From IMG/VR virus record IMGVR_UViG_3300042445_001485: a DNA stretch of 64,000 bases; one strand, given 5' to 3'. This DNA is from a virus. Taxonomy: Duplodnaviria > Caudoviricetes. Below are positions 1-9,317 of this stretch, in pieces. Within the stretch, counting starts at the first letter, position 1. Each line of letters opens with the position of its first letter. The notes beneath the pieces are model-generated. The model saw nothing but the letters and a program-made list of their open reading frames with translations, had not been told where the DNA came from and made no database searches. The position numbers and the translations under genes are program-made.

Positions 1-52
1 CATCACCGTGATTATATGGATCTTGCCAAGGTACCCTAATAGTTATCATATA

Positions 53-271
53 TTAACTCCACTTCAGTAAAAATGCTGACATGTCTTCTTCTCGGTCAAA
101 TCGAAATGTATCAAATGCTGTGCGTCGTACTGTGGGCATGGTGTTCCAACACCAATGTTGTATAGGATCCATTAGGGCTTCGTTTAGGATATAGCCGGGG
201 TTACTGTAGTCACTGGTAATAGTATCAGCTATTTTCAACTCCATGCCATCTCTAATCCATTTCATGTCCAC
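53..271 (-). CDS. small hypothetical phage protein (C-terminal F-x-F...F-x-L-x-W family)
   Basis: ORF ends FRFDREEDMSAFLLKWS; same C-terminal pattern as the two adjacent ORFs. Confidence 0.7.
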   Translation of the reverse strand: MDMKWIRDGMELKIADTITSDYSNPGYILNEALMDPIQHWCWNTMPTVRRTAFDTFRFDREEDMSAFLLKWS

Positions 272-474
272 ACCAATGCAAATGCTGTTGCATCTCTGTC
301 ATGTTTGAATGTAAAAGTTGTTTCTCCAAACATGCTCCATACAGCCCAGGTTCGTTTATCCCAGTCGCCAGGATCGGCATACACATGCCCGCCATGGCCA
401 ATATGGTCATAGCACCAAGCGGACATTTCTCTGTTGAGATGATATTGTTGTTTACCAATTTTGATTTCGGTCAT
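262..474 (-). CDS. small hypothetical phage protein (same family)
   Basis: Ends FTFKHDRDATAFALVWT; start placed at ATG 474, which overlaps the TGA of the upstream gene (ATGA). Confidence 0.7.
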   Translation of the reverse strand: MTEIKIGKQQYHLNREMSAWCYDHIGHGGHVYADPGDWDKRTWAVWSMFGETTFTFKHDRDATAFALVWT

Positions 475-701
475 TGCCATCGTAAACAAAATAAGGTTGC
501 ACCCTCCGGAGTGGGCATTCGAAAAGTCCATACGTGGCTGGGGAATCCACTGCTGAAACTCCAGGCATCTATGCCAATTTCTCGTTCACACCAATCAATG
601 ATATCGTAGATATCTTTATCTTTACAATCTAAGGTTATGGAAGTCATATCACATTGTAACATTGTTGTCTTTATAGGTCTTGTTTTTTGAGCGTGTCCCA
701 T
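471..701 (-). CDS. small hypothetical phage protein (same family); probable start 647
   Basis: Ends WTFRMPTPEGATLFCLRWQ; tandem with its paralogues. Confidence 0.65.
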   Translation of the reverse strand: MGHAQKTRPIKTTMLQCDMTSITLDCKDKDIYDIIDWCEREIGIDAWSFSSGFPSHVWTFRMPTPEGATLFCLRWQ

Positions 702-1096
702 ACTTCTTTTTGCTCTCGGAACTTGTCGCGTAGTCGTCTATATTGGATGCCGGCTTCTTTGAGTTCGTCAAATTCTTTTTCCAATGCAGAGTCCATCTTC
801 ATTACACCCAGCATTTCCTGTATGCTCACCAATGTCTCTGTCAAACTCACGCCGTTTATTTTAAGGTCTGCGTTCTTGCCATTTAGCTCCAAGGTGCCGC
901 TTTGTTTTAGTGTGGCGGCGGTATTGTTGACCGCATAGCCTGGGTTGGCCCAAGTTCCGTTGGTGCCCGAGCTGGTGTACACATAGCCATTTTGTCCCAT
1001 TGGCGGGACGGTGACAGTTACATTACCATATGTGTATGGTGATGCGGTTGTATTCATTGTGTATGACATAATAGCATTATATATCTTTAGCACCAA
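671..1096 (-). CDS. hypothetical protein
   Basis: 141-aa ORF with a C-terminal coiled-coil-like segment; start uncertain. Confidence 0.65.
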   Translation of the reverse strand: MVLKIYNAIMSYTMNTTASPYTYGNVTVTVPPMGQNGYVYTSSGTNGTWANPGYAVNNTAATLKQSGTLELNGKNADLKINGVSLTETLVSIQEMLGVMKMDSALEKEFDELKEAGIQYRRLRDKFREQKEVWDTLKKQDL

Positions 1097-1117
1097 GATG
1101 TCAAACTAAATATTTCC

Positions 1118-1474
1118 ATGTTAGCACTTAAATATGAATCTTACCGACCAGACCTTTCTGTACCATGGGTATCGGAACTACTTACAACAACACAAGATCC
1201 TGCATTGCAATCGTTGAGTCAGAGCTATAATCGTTGGCTAGACCTATCACAGGGACAACATGGGTGGCGTATGCAGATCGTACACGGCAATGATCCACAC
1301 GTGGGCATACACATACACGACTTTGGTCCAACCACTACCGAAGAAAGTATATATCACTTGTACGATCTTTATCTATATCGCTTCTTGCCAGAGTACCAAG
1401 AATGGTACCACTGGCTAAGAAACTATGTGCAACAACATAATTGGCGTATCACTAGAACCATCATAGAGATTTAG
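1118..1474 (+). CDS. hypothetical protein
   Basis: 118-aa ORF preceded by TAAATA at 1107-1112. Confidence 0.6.
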   Translation: MLALKYESYRPDLSVPWVSELLTTTQDPALQSLSQSYNRWLDLSQGQHGWRMQIVHGNDPHVGIHIHDFGPTTTEESIYHLYDLYLYRFLPEYQEWYHWLRNYVQQHNWRITRTIIEI

Positions 1475-2325
1475 ATATCAAATCCAAAATTGGGATCAAA
1501 GTGTTCTGCTGATTCCTCGTAACCTTTATAGCCACGCGGATTGCATACCACACGACACTCTCCGATCATGTAGTCAAATTGATCATGTGTGTGTCCATGC
1601 GTCCATACTTTGATTTCTGGATAATCCAACATAAACTCACTGAGATCACTGCTGTAAGCACCATTCATAATGGTGTCATTTAAGTAGCGTGGTTTGATAC
1701 TGACCTTGCTTGGAGCATGGTGAGTGCAGATCACAACCGGACTTGTCTTGCCTTCTGCACGACGATTTGACATCACTGACTTGAGATAACCCACAGTTTT
1801 ATAATGATCTGTCATGGTTTTTTCTGGCTGTAGCCTATGATATGCATTCTTGGTTTCGTTAAACATGGTGATTTGACGATAGTCGTTCATCATTGATTTC
1901 ATATGAAACAAGGTCAACTCGTCACCTCGGTTCATATCGGTCCAAAGCGTAGCACCTAAGAATGTAACACCATCGATGTCAATACACTCATTTTCCAACA
2001 GTTGCACATTGTCGGGCATCTGTTCTTTTAAATGTGAGTAAGTCTTGTGGTACTGGAATCCATAATGCTCGTGGTTACCCATGACATAGATCACCTGCCT
2101 GTACTTGGGACATTCTTCAAGAAAGAAACGGATATACCGATCTTCGCGTTTTCCATTAAACACCTGTTCTGTTAACACCTGATTCAATATGTGGTTTTCT
2201 CTGTAACGTTCACGCTTGACATTCTTGGCCTCACAGATGTCTCCAGACAGGATTAGGACATCGCCGCCTGGCAACTCGAGATCTGCAAACTCAAGGTGTA
2301 AATCACTCATAACATTAACACGCAT
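1471..2325 (-). CDS. calcineurin-like metallophosphoesterase
   Basis: Motifs SDLH, GDI, GNHE, THH and HGHTH. Confidence 0.92.
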   Translation of the reverse strand: MRVNVMSDLHLEFADLELPGGDVLILSGDICEAKNVKRERYRENHILNQVLTEQVFNGKREDRYIRFFLEECPKYRQVIYVMGNHEHYGFQYHKTYSHLKEQMPDNVQLLENECIDIDGVTFLGATLWTDMNRGDELTLFHMKSMMNDYRQITMFNETKNAYHRLQPEKTMTDHYKTVGYLKSVMSNRRAEGKTSPVVICTHHAPSKVSIKPRYLNDTIMNGAYSSDLSEFMLDYPEIKVWTHGHTHDQFDYMIGECRVVCNPRGYKGYEESAEHFDPNFGFDI

Positions 2326-2379
2326 CTTCTTCTCCTATAATAGTAATTATACTATCAATTCCGTTATTGCACAAATAAA

Positions 2380-2401
2380 AAAAGGCCCCTCGGGGCCTTT
2401 T
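2380..2401. terminator. intrinsic terminator (bidirectional form)
   Basis: aaaaggcccctcggggcctttt hairpin with A/T tracts, just after the 2417 gene. Confidence 0.85.
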
Positions 2402-2416
2402 GGGTCGCGCCAGGGA

Positions 2417-2683
2417 TTAAACCAAACCCATTGCCAATGCTTTGTAACCAGCGGCTACAACTTTGCGGCTTGGTTTGCCATGCACATACTCAGTAACAGT
2501 AACACCGTTACCAGCTTTGCGGCTGTTTGCATAAATTGCAAAACCAGCTTGACGAATACGACTGGCTTCAGCACTCAAGTTGCCAATGCCAAAACGCTTA
2601 CGAGCTTCGCTTGCAGTCAATTTCTCACCATTGAGAACCATGGCTTTAAAAGCCTTACCAGTTTTAGTTTCTAGATTAATCAT
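2417..2683 (-). CDS. small winged-helix DNA-binding protein (putative)
   Basis: LTASEARKRFGIGNLSAEASRIRQAGFAI helix-turn-helix-like pattern. Confidence 0.6.
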   Translation of the reverse strand: MINLETKTGKAFKAMVLNGEKLTASEARKRFGIGNLSAEASRIRQAGFAIYANSRKAGNGVTVTEYVHGKPSRKVVAAGYKALAMGLV

Positions 2684-2729
2684 CTTTTTTCCTTTAAAAG
2701 TATTTGCAGTAATTTCAACTGCTGATGCT

Positions 2730-2758
2730 AGTATAGCAAAATTATTACACTAGGTCAA
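2730..2758 (-). promoter_or_regulatory. sigma70-type promoter
   Basis: TTGACC-N17-TATACT upstream of 2683. Confidence 0.75.
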
Positions 2759-2767
2759 CAACTAGTT

Positions 2768-2986
2768 TTACCGTTTGTAATATGTTTGCCCATAATATAT
2801 CTTGCGACACACTTCTTGACCTTGGAGCAGTCGATATGTAACGCAATCTTGATGGTAATGGTCACTTAGGGCATGACTGGCAACCGTTTTTCCAGTTGTG
2901 GCGGCCACACCCAAATCCATAACTGTAGTCACGGCACAACCTTGAAGGGTGACCAATAACACCATTAACCACTTATAGGTTATCAT
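2768..2986 (-). CDS. small putative lipoprotein
   Basis: Hydrophobic N-terminus with lipobox-like LQGC. Confidence 0.55.
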   Translation of the reverse strand: MITYKWLMVLLVTLQGCAVTTVMDLGVAATTGKTVASHALSDHYHQDCVTYRLLQGQEVCRKIYYGQTYYKR

Positions 2987-3347
2987 ATGAAATAGGCATC
3001 CATCCTAGTTGTCGTAGGTCTGTTTCAATTTCTTCGGTTACTTGCCCTTCGGGCACAAATCCTTCGCCTGTGCGACAACCAAGACCAAATCCTTCTTCTT
3101 CGGATCCAATGCCCGAGCAGTACCAATCTATGTAATTACCTTGCTGTCTAATGGTGGCAATGATGCCTCCGGCATAGCGCCAACTGCAATGCCACAGTTG
3201 TTTTTTCAATATGGCCATGACTTCTAGTCGTTGCCACTGCATATTACACAAGGCCGCATAGAGGTTTTGTGCATAGGTGTCATTGGCCCTGACCTTGTCA
3301 CAGATCCAGGTGGTATTTTTTAGATCGGTTTCTAAATTATGATCCAT
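2973..3347 (-). CDS. hypothetical phage protein
   Basis: 124-aa ORF directly behind a consensus promoter. Confidence 0.75.
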   Translation of the reverse strand: MDHNLETDLKNTTWICDKVRANDTYAQNLYAALCNMQWQRLEVMAILKKQLWHCSWRYAGGIIATIRQQGNYIDWYCSGIGSEEEGFGLGCRTGEGFVPEGQVTEEIETDLRQLGWMPISYDNL

Positions 3348-3352
3348 ACCTT

Positions 3353-3381
3353 ATTATAAACTATTTTAAATTTTGTGTCAA
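3353..3381 (-). promoter_or_regulatory. sigma70 consensus promoter
   Basis: TTGACA-N17-TATAAT, 5 nt before ATG 3347. Confidence 0.85.
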
Positions 3382-3427
3382 CTAAAAAGTGGTCTACGGC
3401 GTTGTATATATGTAACATAAAAAACAA

Positions 3428-3772
3428 ATGAAATTACTTGCCATTTTAATTGCTGTATCAGTATTTGCGGTAGAACCTGCTGGCGCGGTAGTAACGGTCA
3501 CACCAAAAACGGCCAAAGCGCATCTACCACGAGTGCCTAGAGTCAAACTGCTTCGTAGTAATCCACACAGGTTTACTGCCATTCGGTTGCAGGGTACCAA
3601 TCCGTATGATGCACCAGATGATGATTTCCTTTGTGTCAGTAGTGCTCGCAAACCAAAAGTTATCAATCCCAATCTTGTGGATGACGATGAAGAACTTTCG
3701 GAATATGTGACCATACGATTGATGGTGGCCCGTGCCAGAGCCATGCAAAAGTACAGAGAAGTCCGTGCATAA
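3428..3772 (+). CDS. hypothetical protein with signal peptide
   Basis: MKLLAILIAVSVFA N-terminus; followed by a terminator. Confidence 0.65.
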   Translation: MKLLAILIAVSVFAVEPAGAVVTVTPKTAKAHLPRVPRVKLLRSNPHRFTAIRLQGTNPYDAPDDDFLCVSSARKPKVINPNLVDDDEELSEYVTIRLMVARARAMQKYREVRA

Positions 3773-3773
3773 A

Positions 3774-3796
3774 AAAAGGCCCTAAGGGGCCTTTTT
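3774..3796. terminator. bidirectional intrinsic terminator
   Basis: aaaaggccctaaggggccttttt between convergent genes. Confidence 0.85.
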
Positions 3797-4003
3797 GGTT
3801 AATGTAACTTGCCGGGTGCGTTCATCAATGCCCCAAGTCAGCTCATCACCGATTCGCCAACCATTGGCCTCCAATGCGTCTGGGGGCAAGGGCATAACAA
3901 TGTCGCCAGTTTCGGGATCCTCCTCCAACTCAACCGTCCAAGTTGTGGCAGATTGGCGAGTAATCCGGGCATCTAGCACACTTGCCTCAATCTGACTTTT
4001 CAT
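3782..4003 (-). CDS. AbrB/MazE-like small protein (putative)
   Basis: IVMPLPPDALEANGWRIGDELTW resembles the swapped-hairpin AbrB pattern. Confidence 0.55.
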   Translation of the reverse strand: MKSQIEASVLDARITRQSATTWTVELEEDPETGDIVMPLPPDALEANGWRIGDELTWGIDERTRQVTLTKKAP

Positions 4004-4292
4004 TTATAATCCTAACATCAGTTACATTCATCACACGAAATGATCTCCATTCGTTTTTGTCTAGACAGAATACGCTAAGTGTTTCGGGTTTGTATAAACG
4101 AGTTTGGTGATGTTCGTTTACGGCCCGAGCAGGCATTGCCGCCGCTCTAAGGGTGCAAGGCATGGTGCGTACAGAGCCATCTACCTTGGTAAAAGTAATT
4201 TCGCAATCGTGTTCACTTAACAGATTACGGATATAACGATTGCGACTATCAGCATCACCTGCTAATTCTAGTACTATTTCAGTGTCGGTCAT
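3987..4292 (-). CDS. SH3/WYL-like fold small phage protein
   Basis: ITFTKVDGSVRTMPCTL...WRSFR pattern typical of T4-like phage WYL_2-type proteins. Confidence 0.7.
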   Translation of the reverse strand: MTDTEIVLELAGDADSRNRYIRNLLSEHDCEITFTKVDGSVRTMPCTLRAAAMPARAVNEHHQTRLYKPETLSVFCLDKNEWRSFRVMNVTDVRIINEKSD

Positions 4293-4459
4293 TTGTCGCC
4301 CTTGTTACGACTAGTGCGTTGTCTAGAACCGTCTTGTTCGATTACAACATAACTACGCACAAAGGCACCACGAGTATGGTTGTCTAAAATCAGTGACGCG
4401 GCACGTTTTACACTCTTGCTGATCTTAACAGCTTTTGGATCATATCCTCTACAGGTCAT
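4289..4459 (-). CDS. 56-aa hypothetical protein (not in ORF track)
   Basis: Hand-translated MTCRGYDPKAVKISKSVKRAAS...; overlaps both neighbours in operon fashion. Confidence 0.55.
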   Translation of the reverse strand: MTCRGYDPKAVKISKSVKRAASLILDNHTRGAFVRSYVVIEQDGSRQRTSRNKGDK

Positions 4460-4700
4460 TTTGTGTTTCCTTTTTAAATTGTTTACGACAGGCTCGTTTC
4501 ATAGCAGGAGTAAAGTCTGGATGTATCTCTGCTACACTGCAATTATACACATGATCTCTATCGTTGAGCAAGAGCTTTTGAACAATATTAATGCCAAGCC
4601 AAATCAAACCAAACAATGCAATCACAATGACTACATCTAATACCATAACTGTTAGTTTAAATAATTTTGTGTTTTCTTTGCTGGTGATTACAAATTTCAC
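4449..4700 (-). CDS. small membrane protein
   Basis: Single transmembrane segment; coupled to neighbours. Confidence 0.6.
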   Translation of the reverse strand: MKFVITSKENTKLFKLTVMVLDVVIVIALFGLIWLGINIVQKLLLNDRDHVYNCSVAEIHPDFTPAMKRACRKQFKKETQNDL

Positions 4701-4891
4701 GCCAATGTGTCTACCTTTGTTCCTAACCCTCGACTTTTACCACCGATATCAAGTCGCCTTAGACGCATACGCTCGTTATCAATGATGTCTGCGTTAATCT
4801 TTAATGATTGATGTTTGAGTTCCATTATGTGCTGATCTAACTGCTGGAGTTCCATTTGTTTCTGGTAAGATTGGACTACATCAATTCTCAT
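4697..4891 (-). CDS. small hypothetical protein
   Basis: ATGA overlap with the ligase stop. Confidence 0.55.
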   Translation of the reverse strand: MRIDVVQSYQKQMELQQLDQHIMELKHQSLKINADIIDNERMRLRRLDIGGKSRGLGTKVDTLA

Positions 4892-6189
4892 AATTTCTCT
4901 CCTATTTCAAAGCCACGGAATCGAAGGAACCTAGGAAAGCGCAAACTGTAAGTACCATCTTGGTTCTGTGTTATGGCATCGGCTCGCACTTCGACCACCT
5001 GGCCTGCACACTTGGCGCGATCCTGCCAAAAGTCTTCTCGCTGTTGGTCACTGAGTCCTGAACCTACATTGACTTGAATGGCTCGTTCATCGTCAACACC
5101 TTCACATACCAGGGCACCTAACTTGCCCACATTGCGTCCTGTACCTTCTTCTGTATTTACGACAGTTAGGCTAACTTCAATAAAGGGTTTTTGTTTTAAC
5201 CATGCGGTGCTTCTTTTACATTCGTAAACTGCATAAGGATCTTTGATCATAATGCCTTCGTATCCGCCTGCAATGGCATCTGCATTGATTTGGGTAAAAC
5301 GATCGGCACCCTCATCGGTATCTAGGTTCACAAGTTCCTGTCCCACAACTGACACATTGGGCATATGGTCTGCAATTGGCAAGTACCAGGCCAATAATTG
5401 CTCACTGCGTTTGTGCTGTGGACAACTGCTGACGCCTGATTGAAATTCCTTCAGTGGTAAGATGTCAAACAGGTTCAGCACCGCATCGTCGGTTCGGGCA
5501 TCACCTTTGCGATGAATCTGCCGCATCAAGTCTTGAAAGTTTCCCGACATGATCTCACCATCTAACACTATTGGCTCTCGAAGAAACACCGCATGTTTGG
5601 CAATCTGTCGTTTAACTTCTTCAAAGTTCACCAGTTCTTTGCCATTGCGACTGTACTGATCAACTTGACCATTTGGGTACACAATGGTAATCACACGCAC
5701 ACCATCAAGTTTGACTTCGATGACTTTTTCGCCAGAAACTTTACCTTCATGCTTGGCACCATCAAATGCCAATTGGCACTCAAACACCGGCACATGAAAC
5801 TTGGGATCTGCATGTTTGTTAATAGTACTATCACTAGTGCCACAACGCATGTCTTTGATCAAGATGCGTCGATACCACAGATTCCATTCTGCTTCACGGG
5901 CATTCATACGCAGATAGTTCACTGCGGTAACGGCAGTATTGCCAGTGATACGGCGGTCGGCCAAGTCCTGTGCTGTTTTCCAAAACACTTCGCTAGTAAG
6001 TCCTTTGCCATCACCTGTTTTCTCGTCGACTTTTTTAACACCAAATGTGATCATGGCATCATATGCCGCACGGAATCCGCGGAACAATTCGGCATTGTCT
6101 GCCGCACTCTCTCGACGAATGATGGCTTCTTTTACTAGACGACTGTTGTCGGCTTCCAGCTCGGCAACAACTTCCCAGGGTTTGTTCAT
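4888..6189 (-). CDS. lig: ATP-dependent DNA ligase
   Basis: Motif I KLDGVR, LDGE, YEGIMIK, WLK-K and C-terminal OB fold SLRFPRF. Confidence 0.96.
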   Translation of the reverse strand: MNKPWEVVAELEADNSRLVKEAIIRRESAADNAELFRGFRAAYDAMITFGVKKVDEKTGDGKGLTSEVFWKTAQDLADRRITGNTAVTAVNYLRMNAREAEWNLWYRRILIKDMRCGTSDSTINKHADPKFHVPVFECQLAFDGAKHEGKVSGEKVIEVKLDGVRVITIVYPNGQVDQYSRNGKELVNFEEVKRQIAKHAVFLREPIVLDGEIMSGNFQDLMRQIHRKGDARTDDAVLNLFDILPLKEFQSGVSSCPQHKRSEQLLAWYLPIADHMPNVSVVGQELVNLDTDEGADRFTQINADAIAGGYEGIMIKDPYAVYECKRSTAWLKQKPFIEVSLTVVNTEEGTGRNVGKLGALVCEGVDDERAIQVNVGSGLSDQQREDFWQDRAKCAGQVVEVRADAITQNQDGTYSLRFPRFLRFRGFEIGEKL

Positions 6190-6458
6190 TTTGTTTCTCC
6201 ATAGTGGATTGATTGGCCGGGCTTGATGCCCAAATAGTTCATGGCCATGATCAACATGAAATTGGCATGTTCTTTATTTTTGGGCAGTACAACTCTTTCA
6301 CCTTCATTCAGTTGGCGTAGTTCTTCTTTGAGTTGTTCAAGTTCAAACACCAGGGGTCGAACTTCTAACCTCATAACTTCACGGGCTATGGCTTCAGCTT
6401 GACTTCTAGTAACTGGTACGGTATCTATCATAATTGTTCCTCTTGTAGGGTTTCCCAC
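6186..6458 (-). CDS. hypothetical protein
   Basis: ATGA coupling to the ligase. Confidence 0.6.
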   Translation of the reverse strand: MGNPTRGTIMIDTVPVTRSQAEAIAREVMRLEVRPLVFELEQLKEELRQLNEGERVVLPKNKEHANFMLIMAMNYLGIKPGQSIHYGETK

Positions 6459-6799
6459 ATCATTCGCTTTTCACACTCGGCGCGAAACTGCTCGCGAAGC
6501 TCAGGGCTTTTACACCAGGCCTTGATGTTGGCATAACTGCCCTGTGCCTTGTTAGGTACATTTTCTCGTATCCACATGGCAGTGGCCCAAAACACCGTAC
6601 GGCTCTGCCTGTCTGTGTTAAACAGGGCCCGTTCATATTCATGTGCCAACATGGCCTCCATGTGTCCACCGGGCAACAAGCCATCAAACAAGTAACGGTC
6701 CATTGCGGCCATTTGGTTGTCACTCCAACGCATGCCAACATATCGGGCATCGTGGTACATGCTACGATTATAATCAATTGCGTTGGGCTTGTAAATCAT
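6428..6799 (-). CDS. hypothetical phage protein
   Basis: Start at ATG 6799, overlapping the upstream stop. Confidence 0.65.
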   Translation of the reverse strand: MIYKPNAIDYNRSMYHDARYVGMRWSDNQMAAMDRYLFDGLLPGGHMEAMLAHEYERALFNTDRQSRTVFWATAMWIRENVPNKAQGSYANIKAWCKSPELREQFRAECEKRMMWETLQEEQL

Positions 6800-7149
6800 T
6801 TTGCACTTTCGAATTCTTTGACATGTCGACAAGCACCGCGGAATTGGAATCCGCTACAAGTGCAATTATACACATTTTCTTCTAAGGTCACAATGTATAT
6901 ATCACCTTTTGAACCTGTGACTTCCCAACGATTGGGATTTGTAGTAACTTCAATCTCAAAGTTAGGTTGATTTTTTAATGCAACAAATTTACGACCGCGG
7001 AGATCAATGCGTATGGCCGTTTTGAATGTTTTGATTTCTGTTGAGCCGGGTTTAATGTATGCATACATTTTGGTCTTGGAGTCATCCAACAAGTAAACAC
7101 CGTTGCCAAATGGATCAGCCCATGTAGTAGTTTCTTGATAAAATTTCAT
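6796..7149 (-). CDS. SWIM zinc-finger protein
   Basis: C-terminal CTCSGFQFRGACRH (CxC...CxH). Confidence 0.8.
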   Translation of the reverse strand: MKFYQETTTWADPFGNGVYLLDDSKTKMYAYIKPGSTEIKTFKTAIRIDLRGRKFVALKNQPNFEIEVTTNPNRWEVTGSKGDIYIVTLEENVYNCTCSGFQFRGACRHVKEFESAK

Positions 7150-7382
7150 CGTGTCTCCTCAACCATACGCATGAATGCCCGCATCATGGTCTGTGCCTGT
7201 GCCAGGTTCTGCTCGGGTGTCTGCTGTTGCACACAGGCCGCTGTCACCTGCTGACGATGAAACTGTGCCAGGTTTGCTTGACAAGCGGTTTGTTCTGCAT
7301 AGGTGCCAACTGTGGTGATACCTGTTGCAAGGATGATAATTAGATTGTACATGTTAGTCGGCTCTTGAGCAGGCATACGCAT
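7146..7382 (-). CDS. small hypothetical protein
   Basis: Operon position; start probably about 7352. Confidence 0.5.
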   Translation of the reverse strand: MRMPAQEPTNMYNLIIILATGITTVGTYAEQTACQANLAQFHRQQVTAACVQQQTPEQNLAQAQTMMRAFMRMVEETR

Positions 7383-7671
7383 TCAGGCCTGCCTTACGCA
7401 GAACTTCGGCAAACGCATGAGCACCGGCTTCTTTGATGTCCATACTCTGTGTGAACGAACCACCGGGGTTCCAAACACTCAGGCATTTTGGTTTGTAATC
7501 TTTCTTGAAACCTGCCGCAATCAATTCCTTGGCCTCTTTGGAGTTGGTACGATCCACAAACACATCAACCCAGGCAAAACCACAGTAGCCAGGTTCACCA
7601 TGACGAGCACGAAAGTCTGCTTCGGCTTGGCGGGCGGCTTCGAAAGCTTCTTGGACAATTTGATTCAACAT
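7354..7671 (-). CDS. early hypothetical protein
   Basis: AAAAAGGAG Shine-Dalgarno and promoter directly upstream of ATG 7671. Confidence 0.8.
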   Translation of the reverse strand: MLNQIVQEAFEAARQAEADFRARHGEPGYCGFAWVDVFVDRTNSKEAKELIAAGFKKDYKPKCLSVWNPGGSFTQSMDIKEAGAHAFAEVLRKAGLNAYACSRAD

Positions 7672-7701
7672 GTCTGACTCCTTTTTAATTACAATACAAC
7701 A

Positions 7702-7730
7702 ATTATACAAAAGATCGCCTTTTCGGGCAA
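7702..7730 (-). promoter_or_regulatory. early promoter cassette
   Basis: TTGCCC-N17-TATAAT with the repeated spacer gaaaaggcgatctttt. Confidence 0.75.
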
Positions 7731-7731
7731 A

Positions 7732-8007
7732 TCACATGCTCCAAAAAGTTTCACTAGCAGGCGAGCAACAATTTGGGGTGTTGACATCTTCTTCAAATGT
7801 TTTGCCCGACATCAAATTTGTGCGGGTGACCATCTTGGGCTTGTAGTGTTTGGTGTCAATGATGTTGAGTTGATCAACTGTATAACCTGCCTTGTTGCAC
7901 AAGCGGGTTCTTGTTGCACGAGCTGACCCAAAAGTTTTGTAGGCTCTAGTACGATTTGGACCGTCTGTAACAATAAGTCCGGTACCTCTAGCGACAATAT
8001 AAAACAT
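7732..8007 (-). CDS. early hypothetical protein
   Basis: AAAAAGGAG Shine-Dalgarno; C-terminal TPNCCSPASETFWSM. Confidence 0.8.
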   Translation of the reverse strand: MFYIVARGTGLIVTDGPNRTRAYKTFGSARATRTRLCNKAGYTVDQLNIIDTKHYKPKMVTRTNLMSGKTFEEDVNTPNCCSPASETFWSM

Positions 8008-8036
8008 CTCAACTCCTTTTTAGCTTCAATACATGT

Positions 8037-8065
8037 ATTGTATAATAGATGCCATTCGGAGTCAA
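8037..8065 (-). promoter_or_regulatory. early promoter cassette
   Basis: TTGACT-N17-TACAAT, repeat family member. Confidence 0.85.
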
Positions 8066-8100
8066 ATTTTGGGCAAATTGGGTGTTGTAAATGAGCCACA

Positions 8101-8130
8101 AAAAAGCCCCGCAAATCTTGCAGGGCTTTT
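8101..8130 (-). terminator. porin terminator
   Basis: aaaaagccc...gggctttt hairpin. Confidence 0.75.
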
Positions 8131-8165
8131 GTAGTACTTTAGTATTACTTTTTGATCAGTAATAC
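8131..8165. repeat. AGTACT/AGTATTACT-rich repeat
   Basis: gtagtactttagtattactttt is identical to 57088-57109. Confidence 0.75.
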
Positions 8166-8172
8166 TTTGGTA

Positions 8173-9270
8173 TTAGAACGTGTGACGCAAGCCAACTGCG
8201 GTGCGCTTTGTTACACCAGCGGTGGCTGTGGCACCTGCGGTGTTGGTGTCAGCATCACGAGTGTCAAAACGTGCATACAAGTTGGTTCTCTTGCTGAGTT
8301 CATGATCCACACCGTAACCAAGAATTTTCTTGTCTACATTGGCTGTGCTCTTTTCATTGCTGGAACCAGTTGACCACATGACGCTGGTAGCACCAACGGT
8401 GTACTTGGCACCAAACATTTGTCCAGTCTGGTCGATAGCGGTGGCTGTGTTTTGTTTTTCTGTCCAACGACCACCATACACAGTTGCGGCACCAATCTTG
8501 TAGTTGGCAGACAACATGCTGAGAGTGTTGTTGGTACCATCAGTCAAGGCCTGTGAACCAGTGGCAATGAATGATGCAGTGGTAGTGGCCAAAGTGCCTG
8601 ACTGCTCAATGCGTTGAGCGGCATACTGCACACTCACGGGACCATTGGCATATTTTACACCATAGTCAACCACACTCTGAGCATTGACGCTGGCACTTGG
8701 TGGCACATACAAATAAGAACCACTTACACCTGCCACTGCTGGAGACTCATAACGAATGGCTCCATTGAAGCGAGTAGGTGCAGATTGTGCTGTGTGAGTT
8801 GCTGTGGCACTGTAACGAGTAAAGATGTTACCGTTTGATCCATAACCTGAACCAATGGCTGTACCAAACACAGATCCGTTGCCCCAGGCATCTAGGATGT
8901 TGGAATTCACACGACCAAGTTTCACAGTGCCCCAATTGGCTTCTGTGCCTATAAAGGCTTCTTGACCCACACCCACAGTGCCTGCTGTGGTTGAGTTGTA
9001 TGTGGTGCCTTCAACTCCGGCACCATTGATGAAATCAGGTGTTAGTTGTAGTTTGAAATTGGCACGGAGTCCGCCGCCTAGATCATCTGTACCGGCAATG
9101 TTCAGCACCGTAGTGGCTGAATTATTGGCTGCAAGACCTTTGGTGTTGACACCAGTGGCTGCATTGGTAAACAACAGGCCGGTATCAACCAGGCCAGTGA
9201 TATTGACAGCACTTTGAGCAAACACAGAGGTGGCCGCAAGTGCAATCATGATTGCGAAGATTTTCTTCAT
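8173..9270 (-). CDS. Gram-negative trimeric porin (betaproteobacterial-type)
   Basis: Signal peptide MKKIFAIMIALAATSVFAQ, alternating beta-strands, RFNGAIRYESP, LSKRTNLYA and terminal VGLRHTF (C-terminal Phe). Confidence 0.93.
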   Translation of the reverse strand: MKKIFAIMIALAATSVFAQSAVNITGLVDTGLLFTNAATGVNTKGLAANNSATTVLNIAGTDDLGGGLRANFKLQLTPDFINGAGVEGTTYNSTTAGTVGVGQEAFIGTEANWGTVKLGRVNSNILDAWGNGSVFGTAIGSGYGSNGNIFTRYSATATHTAQSAPTRFNGAIRYESPAVAGVSGSYLYVPPSASVNAQSVVDYGVKYANGPVSVQYAAQRIEQSGTLATTTASFIATGSQALTDGTNNTLSMLSANYKIGAATVYGGRWTEKQNTATAIDQTGQMFGAKYTVGATSVMWSTGSSNEKSTANVDKKILGYGVDHELSKRTNLYARFDTRDADTNTAGATATAGVTKRTAVGLRHTF

Positions 9271-9317
9271 TGAGTTTTCCTTTTTAATAAAAATCATGGT
9301 CTTTCGATCCATGTGTT

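Noticed and set aside
5593-6138. 181-aa plus-strand ORF
   Set aside because: It is antisense to the DNA ligase, with no RBS or recognisable motif; a shadow ORF.
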